DNA of 64,000 bases from Wickerhamiella versatilis (taxonomy: Eukaryota): positions 1-64,000 of the forward strand of contig JAQOWU010000003.1 of the NCBI GenBank assembly GCA_030867685.1, written 5' to 3'. The notes beneath the pieces were generated by a model. The model saw nothing but the letters and a program-made list of their open reading frames with translations. It was not told where the DNA came from and searched no databases. Position numbers and translations under genes: made by a program. Below are positions 21,950-32,653 of this stretch, piece by piece (the stretch's first letter is position 1; every line of letters begins with the position of its first letter).

Positions 21950-22691
21950 CAAGATAGTCTAATTTGCTACCAAGAAAAATATATATGTGCAAATGAATAA
22001 ACATCATTGCAAGCTTTGATACTTCCTATCAAGTTCAGCTTTTTTACGCATACGAAATATACGTGTCTCTCCTACTTCCTGACAAATTGGGTGATAGCAT
22101 AAGATAGGGAGGGGTACTATATCTTGTTCGATATGAAACGTTTACGTATTTTAAATGAATGATTAAGAGACATGTCCACTGAACCATGTGCAACTATGAC
22201 TATGCAGAAATAAAAAGGAGTTGAAGGATTTACGCATTAAGCATAAATTTCTGCTACCATCAGAGCTCTTCTAGAGGTTTGTACAGTGTTCTCCCGATTA
22301 CTTGTGGTGGGTCACGTGCTGATGAGTGTATCTTAGCCTATCAAGCACGTCGTAAATAATTTGGCTATCCAAGACCGAAACTAGGTTTCTAGTAATCATT
22401 TTGTTTTGTACCATTGATTTTGATATCATGTATAGTTGTAGTGCATAGAAATACCACAAATATAAAAGACTGTTGATATGACATCATAAATCTCAAATAT
22501 TCCAGGGAACTATCTTGGGATGTTCAACATCGCAAACAATAATTTACAGAAAATGAGTAATATTGTAGTAAAATGTCGAAATAAGACAGTAAGATGCTAC
22601 ATCGCCCACGTGGAATCAATCCGCACCTTTTAACTGCATCTATTCAGCGTGCGAATACTGAACGAAATTCGCCCGCTCTTAAATTTGATTA

Positions 22692-22732
22692 CAGTGGAGT
22701 CCTCTCGTAGTTTCCAACCGGTTTCAGATAGT
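22692..22732 (+). repeat. Degenerate copy of ~40-bp motif (a weaker one at 22505-22528)
   Basis: cagtgg...tccaaccggtttcagatagt. Confidence 0.5.
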
Positions 22733-23091
22733 GGAGTTGGGGAATCGTGTGTCCCCACAAACAACCACTTACATTAACCCCGCACAATAAAGTCACGTGT
22801 TGCAACTCGCAAATCTTTAAATGTATATTTAGAAATATCGAGCGATTCGAGGCCAAATATCGACTAAGGGAAAGCAGTAGAAGCAGTTATAAGTTTTCTT
22901 CAGTCGCAGGCATATATACACTGAGAGAGTTAGAGCGACTGTCAGGTAATGACGCAATGGATCCTGCAACGAAGATCACAGAAACCTAGTCCAATGGTAT
23001 TGGGATCGTGCAGATTCTCTTTCTGGAAACTATATATATGCTAAATTGGTGGTAAAATACGTATACAATTCGATTCCCTTTCTCCCTTGTT

Positions 23092-24162
23092 ATGAGATTT
23101 CTTGATCTTGCCTTAGTTTCGTTAGTTGTTGGGGCTCCTCTGGAGAAGAAGAACGACGACACCTCTACCTTCCGTATACCCAACATTGGCGATGATATTG
23201 TTGATTGGACCAATAAGCTTATAGGACACGTCTCCGATTTGATATGGGACCATATCCCTATGAATATCGTAGATGCCGTTGTTCCGCATATAAGCCTCGA
23301 CCTCAATGCCAAGCTAGTACAGCCGCTTGCTTTCGGAATTCCAAACTTCAACACAGACTTCGAAGATCAGAAGGGTCTGGATACTTCAAGAGTAAGATGG
23401 CTTTTCGAGGCTGACAACCGCACCCCTGAGGACCCAGTTATTTTCTATGTACATGGAGGTGGATACGGCTGGAGTCCACTCCCCACACATTCGCTTTGGC
23501 CTGTGGAAATGTATAAAAAGCTGAATAACGATAGATTGTCAGTGCTCTGGATTGATTACTCGCTTTCGAGCGAGCATCAGTGGCCGACGCCACTACAACA
23601 ATCTGTTGAGGTCTACAACACCCTCAGAAATTCTTGTAAGAACATTATTTTGGCAGGTGATTCTTCGGGGGCACACAATATTATCCAGTTCTCCCGACAC
23701 TACAAGTATCCCTACCCTGGGATCGATACTCTGGATAGCTTGCCGGAAGCCATGGTTTTTCTGAGCCCCGCACCTGTGTGGAATTTGAATGACAATGAGG
23801 GCTCCGCAAAGAAGTATAAAGGAGTAGATTGGCTTGACGCCTCATCCATAGTAGGCTGGGCCGAGCTGGAGACAAAGAATGACACTTCCTTGATGAGCTC
23901 ATTTGCGTTTGATATCAGAAATGATACTATCGACTGGAGTGATGAGGATATTCTTCCCGACCCTCATAAGATCTTTGTAGGGTACGGTGAACATGAAGTT
24001 CTCAAAGATGGTATAGAAATCTGGTTGAATAGGACCCAAATTGAGGACCGCGGTGCCACAATATTTGTCAAACCTCAAGGAACACACGACTCGCTTATTG
24101 TAGGGGGTGTATTGGACGCTATATTTGAACCGCTTCATCAGTTCATTTCAGATGTGCTATAG
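23092..24162 (+). CDS. Secreted alpha/beta hydrolase, Say1/Mug180 steryl-acetyl-hydrolase-like esterase
   Basis: Signal peptide; FYVHGGGY, IDYSLS, LAGDSSG nucleophile elbow, GEHEVLKD, GTHD. Confidence 0.85.
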   Translation: MRFLDLALVSLVVGAPLEKKNDDTSTFRIPNIGDDIVDWTNKLIGHVSDLIWDHIPMNIVDAVVPHISLDLNAKLVQPLAFGIPNFNTDFEDQKGLDTSRVRWLFEADNRTPEDPVIFYVHGGGYGWSPLPTHSLWPVEMYKKLNNDRLSVLWIDYSLSSEHQWPTPLQQSVEVYNTLRNSCKNIILAGDSSGAHNIIQFSRHYKYPYPGIDTLDSLPEAMVFLSPAPVWNLNDNEGSAKKYKGVDWLDASSIVGWAELETKNDTSLMSSFAFDIRNDTIDWSDEDILPDPHKIFVGYGEHEVLKDGIEIWLNRTQIEDRGATIFVKPQGTHDSLIVGGVLDAIFEPLHQFISDVL

Positions 24163-24277
24163 CTATAAATTGTCTAAGGTTGCTTTAGAGGGGAATCCTG
24201 GGAAAATCTCATTTCCACCCCAAACCCGCACCCTGTTACATATCAGTATATAGTCAGATTTAGCATAATATTACTTT

Positions 24278-24318
24278 CCTGAGACTGGGTGGACAAAGTA
24301 GGCTATTTTGCTTTGCCT
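24278..24318 (-). repeat. Copy of ~40-bp motif (-) overlapping a degenerate (+) left half
   Basis: cctgagactgggtggacaaagtaggcta, then ggctattttgctttgcct at 24301-24318. Confidence 0.75.
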
Positions 24319-24417
24319 ATTCACAGAGATTGATGACCAGAACACTATTATTAGGACGTATGGTCTAAAGCGTCAATGTATTTTCTATTTCCTAGATTCA
24401 TCAATAAACCGTAACCT

Positions 24418-25008
24418 CTAAGTGACTAAAGAACGAGCCGCAGCAGCATAGTCACACATATCCCCGGCATCCTTGGCGACTTTCTTCCACCTTATAATGG
24501 AGGATGCATCAAGAGCGAATCCTGCTGAGCCCTGCCATCTCCATGATCCATCTGAGGTGAACGGGGAAAAACCTTCATCAGCCAGCTTCTTCAGCTTAAA
24601 GAGTCCATTCGCAAATATTAATCCTGCCCATCCCAGGGCACCAACACCCCACGCGGCATAGATTTTAAGACCGGGATCGGACACGAGAGAAACTCTAGAA
24701 AGACCATAACCAAAAGCTGCTGGACCACCAATAACTTTGAACCATTCATTCGTCACCTGCTCCTCGCTGTGCTGTACAATGATGACGCGTAAATTAGGGT
24801 ATTTGCGTACCTGTTTCCCAAGTTCCTGCACCTCCTTAGCCGCAAAAGGACAGCCGCAATGACGCACAAAGGCCACAATGGTAGGATATCCGCTAGGAAT
24901 GGAGAGTCCTCCAGGGGCGTGAGAGCCGACACGAGGGGCCTCGCACACCTTCGGTGTGTCTCTTGGCAGTAGTGATTTTACGAATGATAAGGATTGCTGC
25001 ACAACCAT
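24418..25008 (-). CDS. Thioredoxin-fold AhpC/TSA-2-like protein
   Basis: AFVRHCGCPFA redox motif, SDPGLKIYAAWGV, RWQGSAGFALD. Confidence 0.8.
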   Translation of the reverse strand: MVVQQSLSFVKSLLPRDTPKVCEAPRVGSHAPGGLSIPSGYPTIVAFVRHCGCPFAAKEVQELGKQVRKYPNLRVIIVQHSEEQVTNEWFKVIGGPAAFGYGLSRVSLVSDPGLKIYAAWGVGALGWAGLIFANGLFKLKKLADEGFSPFTSDGSWRWQGSAGFALDASSIIRWKKVAKDAGDMCDYAAAARSLVT

Positions 25009-25308
25009 TGTCAGTCCTTTCAGTTGACGTAGAATGAAGGCATGGAAATGAACCCTCGCGTTTAGGGCTTATATTAGGTCCAGACCAGGCGATGAATAAT
25101 ATCACCAGGAATTACCAATCATGCATACGTCGTATGTCTAAGCATAGCTTTTCGTTTGATGTAGCCTTAGCCTCGTGATTGATATGCCATTCTACCTTTA
25201 GAAGGCAGATATGCCATCAACCTTTTCTAGATTGGACCTTATATAGCCACCGTGATTTCTTACCACTTCACCCGCATTTGGTTTGACTAAAGAAACTACA
25301 ATCCCACT

Positions 25309-26434
25309 ATGACCGTTCTTTGTAATCCCATCACTGATTCGATCTCTAGCAGGGCAGATCAAATATGGAGACGGACCCGCTCAAGCTTCCTCAATGTAAT
25401 GATTACTGGCACCGACTATCAGATTGATAATGTACTTGACATGTTCAGTGACTCCGAATTGTTAACGTATGCTTTGCTAGGTGTCAATGAAGACATAGGA
25501 GATTTCCTTCTTGATGATTTCTAGTGTCGAGTTTGTCATCCCAATGAAACTGATGGTAACAAAGTATCTTTCTATCTTGCGGGACAAAAAATACCACGCA
25601 ATGGCTTCCAAGCTGGTATTCCCATCGATTACTCTGTGGTGACTGCGGGTATTGATACCAGCAGATTAGAAAGTATTGTGCTCGTTGTGAGTTCGTATTT
25701 GAAAGCACGACAGGGTCACAGACAATGAATAGGTTTGGCAATGGTGTTAGCTGTAAATGCCGAGATCCTGAAGCGTCAGGGAGTGACATATGTAAGCTCC
25801 AAAGTACTGATACAGGCGTGGCCTCAGATGAGGAAGCCGATTCCGCAGAGAGGTTCCCATCGAATGCTGGCTCCCAAAAAGAGACAAAATCAGGTGATTT
25901 GCCACGGTGCATTGCATGTAAGACTGTTCCAGATGATAGACTAAGGTCGAGTTGGAATGATGCAGAGGGTAAATTATGCAAGAGATGCTGGATTCGCCAT
26001 AAAAAGCACCCTGTCCATTGTACCCAGTGTGGATTCATTCCAACCAAAAATGAATGGAAGAAAATGGAAGTCGACGTCAAAATAGTCGACGGTATCCAGG
26101 TATTTCCGTGCCTTGAATGTCGGCGGAAACAAGCAGATAAATATTACACCGTAGTATTTGCATCCCCACCTGAAAAGCCCCAAGACCGCGTATGTCTGTC
26201 TTGTGGGGAGGACGAGTCTCAGGTAGCGAACTGGACACGAAGCTGGATTGAAGATGAATACCTTTGTTCCATTTGTGGCCCACGGTGGAAAAGGATTAAT
26301 GCCCACTGTAACTGTTGCAACCTTGTTCCGTACAAAAACCAAATCTCGCTCGACAATAGAGGAAACATGTCATTAGTTGTGAGCGCTGCGCTACGCGCAC
26401 AGTGATTGATGGTGAAGCTGCTACCAAGCGCTGA
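25309..26434 (+). pseudogene. Disrupted gene with three tandem Ash1-type GATA-like zinc fingers
   Basis: (F)LSCGTKNTTQWLPSWYSHRLLCGDCGY*YQQIRKYCARC (TGA 25653-25655, in frame with ORF 25725); CIAC..RSSW..LCKRC..HCTQCGFIPTKNE..CLEC; CLSC..WTRSW..LCSICGPRWK..HCNCC, with final CERC after a frameshift near 26362. Confidence 0.7.
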
Positions 26435-26490
26435 CCCTGAATTTGCTGACTTAACCGATAAGGCAAACCCTAAGGTTTGGTATCCTTATT
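26413..26490 (+). pseudogene. Isolated 3'-end fragment of a Dal5-type permease
   Basis: KLLPSADPEFADLTDKANPKVWYPY vs KLPPGVDPEFADLTDRENPEFRYSY at the end of the opposite-strand neighbour. Confidence 0.75.
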
Positions 26491-26548
26491 TGTTGTGCAG
26501 AGCAGACGTAATTAGCAGTAGGGGGACAAAGTTTGGGGTGATTGATAT

Positions 26549-26588
26549 CAGTGGGCTATCTTGCATTAGCCAGCCAGTCTCAGGTAGT
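26549..26588 (+). repeat. Copy of ~40-bp motif
   Basis: cagtgggctatcttgcattagccagccagtctcaggtagt. Confidence 0.9.
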
Positions 26589-26760
26589 AAATTGGGAATG
26601 AGAACAAATCATCCAACGAGGTCTGTTTTCAGAGTTCTCCTTAAATTAGTGCAAAAATGGCCTGGATTATTAAGGGGCTGCGGGTATCGCAGATGCATTC
26701 CTGCTGATGTTCTGCACTCGTTATATCACACCAGCAACATATCAACCAGGCAAATCTAAG

Positions 26761-26804
26761 GTGGGTTATCTAAGCCTATCTTCACGCATTGTCCAGCCTG
26801 GGGT
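26761..26804 (+). repeat. Rearranged copy of ~40-bp motif
   Basis: gtgggttatct..gcctatcttcacgcattgtccagcctggggtc. Confidence 0.6.
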
Positions 26805-26878
26805 CGAGTGTTTGATTATTAACAAGCTACATAGTTACCAACATTAAGTGAATTGGGCTTAGGAGAGCGATGATGCAA

Positions 26879-28435
26879 TTAATATGAATACCGAAACTCC
26901 GGGTTCTCCCTGTCCGTGAGATCCGCAAACTCAGGGTCTACGCCAGGAGGTAGCTTCTCCGATCGTCTATCACGCCGCTTGTTCTCCCAGAAATTCAGAG
27001 CGGGAATCACACAGATGCTGGCTAATGCAACAACCCCAAACGCCATCATTGTCCTCTTGGCTGTGGGATAGTGCGGCGCCTCCGACTCTAGATAAGTCTG
27101 TGGTCCGACCGCGCATCCGACGGCGTACGACCATTGCAGAATAATGGCCGTTACCACCTTTTTAGTGGATCCTGCGGCATCAGAGGAGACAAAACTGAGC
27201 AGAGTAGTATACGATACAACTTCAGCGATCCCCCAAATATAGTATCCGGCGAGTGCACCTTTATTATTAGCGTACGCCAATAGCGCGAGACCCATGACGT
27301 TGATAGCTGCGATCGGGATGCCATATGCAGATCGGTAATTACGTAAGCAATGCAGGGAGAAGAACGCGAAGAGGAGTTCGGCCACTATGGCGACTGCACC
27401 GCCAATCGAGTCCATTGCGAGGCTCATTAGGTCATTATAGCCCAAGGAGGAAATGGTGATGACGGAGAAACTGATGACACCGCCAGTGCCGACCTGAAGT
27501 GAGAAGTTTCCTAGGAAGTAGATCCAGGTGCGCGGTTCCAGGAACGCCTCCTTGACCTGGTACCATTTCCACTTGTGGCTTCCGAAGCCCTGCTGGTTAC
27601 CACGAATGCGTAGCAGGGTTGCCCGCTTTTCCTCTTGTGTCAACCACCATGCCTCGGTGGGCACGTCAGGTATAAGAATGAGCCACAGGGCCCCTAGAAG
27701 CACGGTGAAGCACCCGAACACGATGAATAAGATGCGCCACGACCTGAGTGCTAGCTCTCCACCGTTGAATTCCGGCTTGTAACAGCCGAAGGCGACCCAA
27801 TCGCAGACAAACTGGCCGAGACCCACGCCGCAGTACCATGTAGTGGAGGCGGCCCACTGCTCATTCGCAGGGAAAAACATAGCGGTGATGAGGATCATGC
27901 TCGGTGTGACCCCTGATATAAGGCCACCAGCCAGCACCCGCATACCAAGCATGTCCCGCAACGTCTGGGAGGCCCCCATGCACGCCACGACGATCCCCCA
28001 GCTTACGACCAGAACGCCGGTAACTTTTGCGATCCTGAACCGATGTAGTGCATAACTTACGGGGGCTACGAAAACGAGGTATCCCAGGTAAAAGCTTGTG
28101 GATACCCAATTATAGTGGCCGTTCATATGCAGGTCGTCTTGAAATTTCATGACTGAACTATTAGACGTGGTAATCTTGTCGGCGTAGTAGCTGAAATATA
28201 TAAGCATCTGCAAAGGTACCAGGATCAGCCATGTTTTCCACTTGACTCTACGGAGAGCACGCGGCGAGACGTTGGAGAGGTCGTCAGCATATTTTGCGGC
28301 AAGGTCGTCCTCTGTGATAGGGGAGATTGGCGTCATAGTACCACTGATAACCTCTACCGCATCATGTTGCGGTGTCTTTTTCGGCTGCTCGTCCATGACT
28401 TCTCTTCGACTTTCTTCCAAGTTGTCATCAGTCAT
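26879..28435 (-). CDS. MFS transporter, Dal5/allantoate (ACS) family
   Basis: YNWVSTSFYLGYL, IPDVPTEAWWL, RIRGNQQGFG..KWKWYQVKEAF, AGSTKK, FADLTDRENPEFRY. Confidence 0.92.
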   Translation of the reverse strand: MTDDNLEESRREVMDEQPKKTPQHDAVEVISGTMTPISPITEDDLAAKYADDLSNVSPRALRRVKWKTWLILVPLQMLIYFSYYADKITTSNSSVMKFQDDLHMNGHYNWVSTSFYLGYLVFVAPVSYALHRFRIAKVTGVLVVSWGIVVACMGASQTLRDMLGMRVLAGGLISGVTPSMILITAMFFPANEQWAASTTWYCGVGLGQFVCDWVAFGCYKPEFNGGELALRSWRILFIVFGCFTVLLGALWLILIPDVPTEAWWLTQEEKRATLLRIRGNQQGFGSHKWKWYQVKEAFLEPRTWIYFLGNFSLQVGTGGVISFSVITISSLGYNDLMSLAMDSIGGAVAIVAELLFAFFSLHCLRNYRSAYGIPIAAINVMGLALLAYANNKGALAGYYIWGIAEVVSYTTLLSFVSSDAAGSTKKVVTAIILQWSYAVGCAVGPQTYLESEAPHYPTAKRTMMAFGVVALASICVIPALNFWENKRRDRRSEKLPPGVDPEFADLTDRENPEFRYSY

Positions 28436-28450
28436 TTGACTAACGAAAAA

Positions 28451-28797
28451 GATAAGAAACGTGATTATATAACAGAGCCTTTCAAAAAAGGAAGGTGGTT
28501 ACCGCGGCAAGCCTGCTTCACTAGTGGATTCGGGGCTTGCGTAGATACAGGATAGTGACCAGGATAAATACGGGAATCCAGCTGTTATGCAGCATGGCTC
28601 GACTTTATCGTGAGTTTCGGAGCGGTAAAAGCCCCGCCTTGTGCCAAAATTTAACTCCGAGATAATAGTCATGTGTTCTTGTTGTTAACCAGCAAAATTA
28701 TGTTGAGTCCTTCCGCGACTACGGACAGTAACTCACAGCTTAGCTAGAATATTACGTTGTGGAGAACGGATTTGGCCCAACGACCGGTCACCTTATC
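28451..28797. promoter_or_regulatory. Cluster of GATAA sites upstream of Dal5-like permease (possible nitrogen-catabolite regulation)
   Basis: GATAA/TTATC at 28451, 28563, 28605, 28661, 28793. Confidence 0.4.
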
Positions 28798-29217
28798 ATT
28801 CCCTTTCTCTCTTGTTCCGTCGATTGCGGCGATATCACGACACCGCCCTGAGTGTCGAGATGCCGGTAGAGGTGTACCACATACGGTGCACTTCTACAAA
28901 AAGACCAGAAACTCCGTTTCGAACAACGACGTAAGGGTATATTCGAAAGAACGAACAGGTAAACCTGGGATTTTTACGTCCTTTGGAAAATTCACTTAGC
29001 GAAAGATGTGTGACCTTTACCCTCGTGCTGACAGTACTATAGTGATTCACGGTAGTTTCTCAGTAATATAATATATAGGCCTGAGATTGGCTAGTCAGTC
29101 AATGTGAATTTAATCTATGGAAGTGCCTTGCACCGACTAACTTTATCCCAGCCTTTGAATAGTTTCGCTGAAAAGATCTATCAATCCAAGCTTCTTGGGC
29201 AGCTGATATGCAGCTGG

Positions 29218-30945
29218 CTATAAGGTGAAGCGGAAATCAAGCCTCTTATTACCCTCAGTTTTCGTATTAAGTTTGTACTCTGCTTTCTCATCATCTGTCA
29301 TCTGATTCCAGATTGTATCCCGCCTCCGGTTTCGACTCCAGAAATACAGACGAGTGAGCAAGATCAGGACTACTGAGCCAATACTCATGGCAAACATCTG
29401 AGTTAAGCCCCTCTTATAAAGAGGTGCATCATCTTTTCTGAATAATTCTGAGCTCACGATAGTGCCTAATTGTCCAGCTATGTTACACAAAGCGAGGGAC
29501 ACCGTCCGTGTGCGAAGCGAATTACTATTGTGGCTACACCATGCGCTAGATATTGGTGGAGTCGTGAATGCGCTTAGACAAAGAAATAGCAAGGCGAAAG
29601 TGGTCCATACATCAGTGGTGAACCCGTCCCACCATCGAAAAGCAGCAATAAATGGAATATACCACAGCGGTACACAAAGAAATACCCAGGCATACTGCTG
29701 AAAGTGCCCTATTAAATAACACTCCAGCAACTGAGTGAAGCAAGAGAGTGCAGGCGCAGGAACTCGCAGCAAATCAATGATTACGGCCGAGAATTTACCC
29801 TTAAAGATAATTGAGAAATAAGTATTCAAAGTACCGGTTCCCGAATCAGTCAAAAGTCTTATGGCGTATATAGGCCATAAATCATAATCTTTCACCGCCT
29901 TCCATAAAAGCTTGGGGCCCACCCCCTGGCGGTTGTTCATTTCGCCTTTCCTGGGATCATCACGAAGGACCTTATTAACGATAATCTTCGTTTCTCTTTC
30001 AGTGAACCAGCCATGCGGGCGAAACCATGTCTTTGTCTGGACCGCCGAGGGTACCATCAAGAAAAAGGCTGCTAATCCCACGGCTAGGGTAATCAGACCT
30101 TCAATCAAAAACACATACTGCCAGCCACTCCAGCCGCCTTTTCCATCAAGATTGAGAATAGCTGCGGCAAGAAGACTGGAAAAAACGTTGGTTAAAGGAT
30201 TTGCAAGATAGAACCATCCGGAACGGACGGCAAACTGCTTGTTTGTATAGAAATAGGAGATCCAGAGACTCGTGTCAGGTATGAAGCCACCTTCCAGTAC
30301 CCCTACAAGTACTCGAAGAGTATAGTATGCCCCTGGACTGGTCATTTTGCTTTGGCAGATAGCGCAAACACTCCACAAAGTTAGTTGTATGGGAATGAAT
30401 CTATCGGCACCTACAAACTTGGATATAAGCTGGGAAGGTAGCTCAGCAAGAAGGAAGCCTAGATAAAAATAGGTCATCCCGTAGTTGAACTGGTTTTGCG
30501 TGATGTTTACATCTTTGAAAAACTTGGGTGAGCCAGTCACTGCATTGATATTGGAGCGGTCTATGTCCAGAGCCACAAACATGATAAAGGCCCACGCAAC
30601 TACATGAAAATCTGTCTTCCAAGTAACCTTACGTTCCTCTTCCTTCGTCCATGTGAGCTTGGGGTCTACATAATGACGACATTCATAGCCCGATTTTTCA
30701 TAAATATCCATATAATAATCTGCCATTTTTGGATCTGTAAATGGATTTTCATCAATCGAAGATCTCTCATCATCGGTAGAGACTGAACTATGAGTATCCT
30801 CTAGAATGACCTGATCGTTCGGTACCTTTTCCCCTGAAGTACTTGATGAACGCGACCGCCATCTGGTGAAATCAACCATCCCCAGCGACTGAGATCTGAT
30901 TGAATTGGAAATTCCCATTGAAGGCGGTTTCTGTTTCACACCCAT
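29218..30945 (-). CDS. MFS transporter, ACS family (Soa1/YIL166C-like sulfonate or allantoate-type permease)
   Basis: YECRHYVDPKLTWTKEEE, AELPSQLISK, EGGFIPD, RDDPRKGEMNNRQ, WCSHNSN, EGNKRLDFRF. Confidence 0.9.
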   Translation of the reverse strand: MGVKQKPPSMGISNSIRSQSLGMVDFTRWRSRSSSTSGEKVPNDQVILEDTHSSVSTDDERSSIDENPFTDPKMADYYMDIYEKSGYECRHYVDPKLTWTKEEERKVTWKTDFHVVAWAFIMFVALDIDRSNINAVTGSPKFFKDVNITQNQFNYGMTYFYLGFLLAELPSQLISKFVGADRFIPIQLTLWSVCAICQSKMTSPGAYYTLRVLVGVLEGGFIPDTSLWISYFYTNKQFAVRSGWFYLANPLTNVFSSLLAAAILNLDGKGGWSGWQYVFLIEGLITLAVGLAAFFLMVPSAVQTKTWFRPHGWFTERETKIIVNKVLRDDPRKGEMNNRQGVGPKLLWKAVKDYDLWPIYAIRLLTDSGTGTLNTYFSIIFKGKFSAVIIDLLRVPAPALSCFTQLLECYLIGHFQQYAWVFLCVPLWYIPFIAAFRWWDGFTTDVWTTFALLFLCLSAFTTPPISSAWCSHNSNSLRTRTVSLALCNIAGQLGTIVSSELFRKDDAPLYKRGLTQMFAMSIGSVVLILLTRLYFWSRNRRRDTIWNQMTDDEKAEYKLNTKTEGNKRLDFRFTL

Positions 30946-32012
30946 GACCTCAATTTATAAATTTATCTTCTGTGATACCAAGAGCCCTAACCCAAGGTAG
31001 CGGTATCGTCAAGAACTCATGGTACGAAGTACTACAAACATAGCAAAAACTTTTATATGGAGATATATTTTGCAATACGTCTCTTTTATACCTGTACACT
31101 TCTCTTGGTTTTGGACAATCGAAACTCTTTTTATCTAATCAAATCACGTCATTTCATACCGTATGGTGATTCTGTCGGATGGCCCACCCGAAAAACCAAT
31201 CCGGGAATATATCCTTTCCTGCTAATTCAAGCGACTTCTAAGTATCCGGCTAAAGCTGTGCTTGTTTCCTAAATATAAAACGGGACGATATTTGTTTCCT
31301 TCATTATGGCAACTACCTTTTTTATATAGGTTTCGAAAGTTTTCGGGTTCGCCTTTTCCTTGAAATCAAAATGAGAAACTCAAATGGTGGTATTTACCTA
31401 TGAACTTAGGAATGCTCTATACATAGGAGTGAGAGGACCCTCATATCTGAGAGCAGCCAAAATTCTTAGACTTAATAGCCTGCAGGCCTAAGTATACTAA
31501 TATAAGCTTATGTTACATCATCACCATATCAGTATTAGCGCGTCAGCATCTCACGGTTATTACTTCGAGAAAGAACGATTCTGCACCCATCCGTTTTGCT
31601 AAAGAAGTCACATCGTACACAATACTAAGCTTCGTAATCATAGGAAAGCGACAGCCCACTTCATATAAATTCGCGTCGGATTACCTGCATCAGGCTAACT
31701 GAGCTATATTCTGAGGCCTGCCTTGCATCATACACCAGGCTAAGAAAGTGAGCAAGAGCCACTTTATTGACGATTACCCATTATGTAAAAATGCTAACAC
31801 CCTGGATATACTGGGGCCTTCCAAAGCACCCTACCCAGTCAGCATTCGGATATAGAGTACGAAGGCGCTAGAAACTTGTGCCAAAAGAAGTTGAATGGAA
31901 CAACAAATCGGATATTGACTTCGGAGGTTGTCCAATTCAAGTGGGAGTGGACTATCTCATGTATAATGCCAATCCTGCCTTCTTCAGTACTTAACAGAAC
32001 TATACTTTGTAT

Positions 32013-32053
32013 CTGACCCTGAGACTGGTTGGACAATGCATGATAGCCCACTG
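32013..32053 (-). repeat. Most complete copy of ~40-bp motif
   Basis: ctgaccctgagactggttggacaatgcatgatagcccactg. Confidence 0.9.
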
Positions 32054-32300
32054 GCTGTGTTCAGCTTCATTACCGATGCACAAATTAGAGTGACAATGAT
32101 CAAATCTATGAAAATTGTGCCACCTTTAATGGCTTGGGCGATTGTGGCTGTTTGCCTATCGCTCGACCCGGAGTATCCCTCCCCTAACCTCCACAATCTA
32201 CCCTCCTGCATGATGCAGGGCTTCCCGTATTCACGTCAAATACCAGACCTTTCGGTTTATAAAGAAACCCCTGGTAGTGCTTAAAATTCACTGCTTAATA

Positions 32301-32328
32301 TTGGTGGAATAATGCAAGATATCCCGCT
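32301..32328 (-). repeat. Copy of ~40-bp motif
   Basis: ttggtggaataatgcaagatatcccgct. Confidence 0.7.
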
Positions 32329-32653
32329 AACATAGAAGAAAGTAGGATTTCTGACTCGTCTCACTGACTAGTGACATTCAGTTGCCGCTATTCCGACATA
32401 GTGTTCTTAGCACCTGCCTATAGTAGACATGTGTTCATGAATTCCTATCGCCTGGATAAAGATACCAATCAATGTTAGGCGAATACCATATGACACTGTA
32501 GGTCTGCTGATAAGGTTCTTTGAGCGATAGGGATGAATACTACCGCTTTTGCATTTTTTTAGTTGCCAGCAATATTTGTGAAGAACTCATATTATTACCC
32601 CGTCCCCTGCTGCCAATTTGTAAGGTCTTGCCGCTGGGCTGCTCGCTCGAGTT

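Noticed and set aside
26406-26759. 117-aa ORF as a real gene
   Set aside because: TTG start; only about 25 codons resemble a permease C-terminus and the rest reads through the 40-bp motif.
32013-32053. 40-bp motif as interstitial telomeric repeat, tRNA or 5S fragment
   Set aside because: No head-to-tail tandem arrays and no recognisable tRNA or 5S sequence. The CAGGGTCAG end is only vaguely telomere-like. Not fully excluded without the species' telomere sequence.
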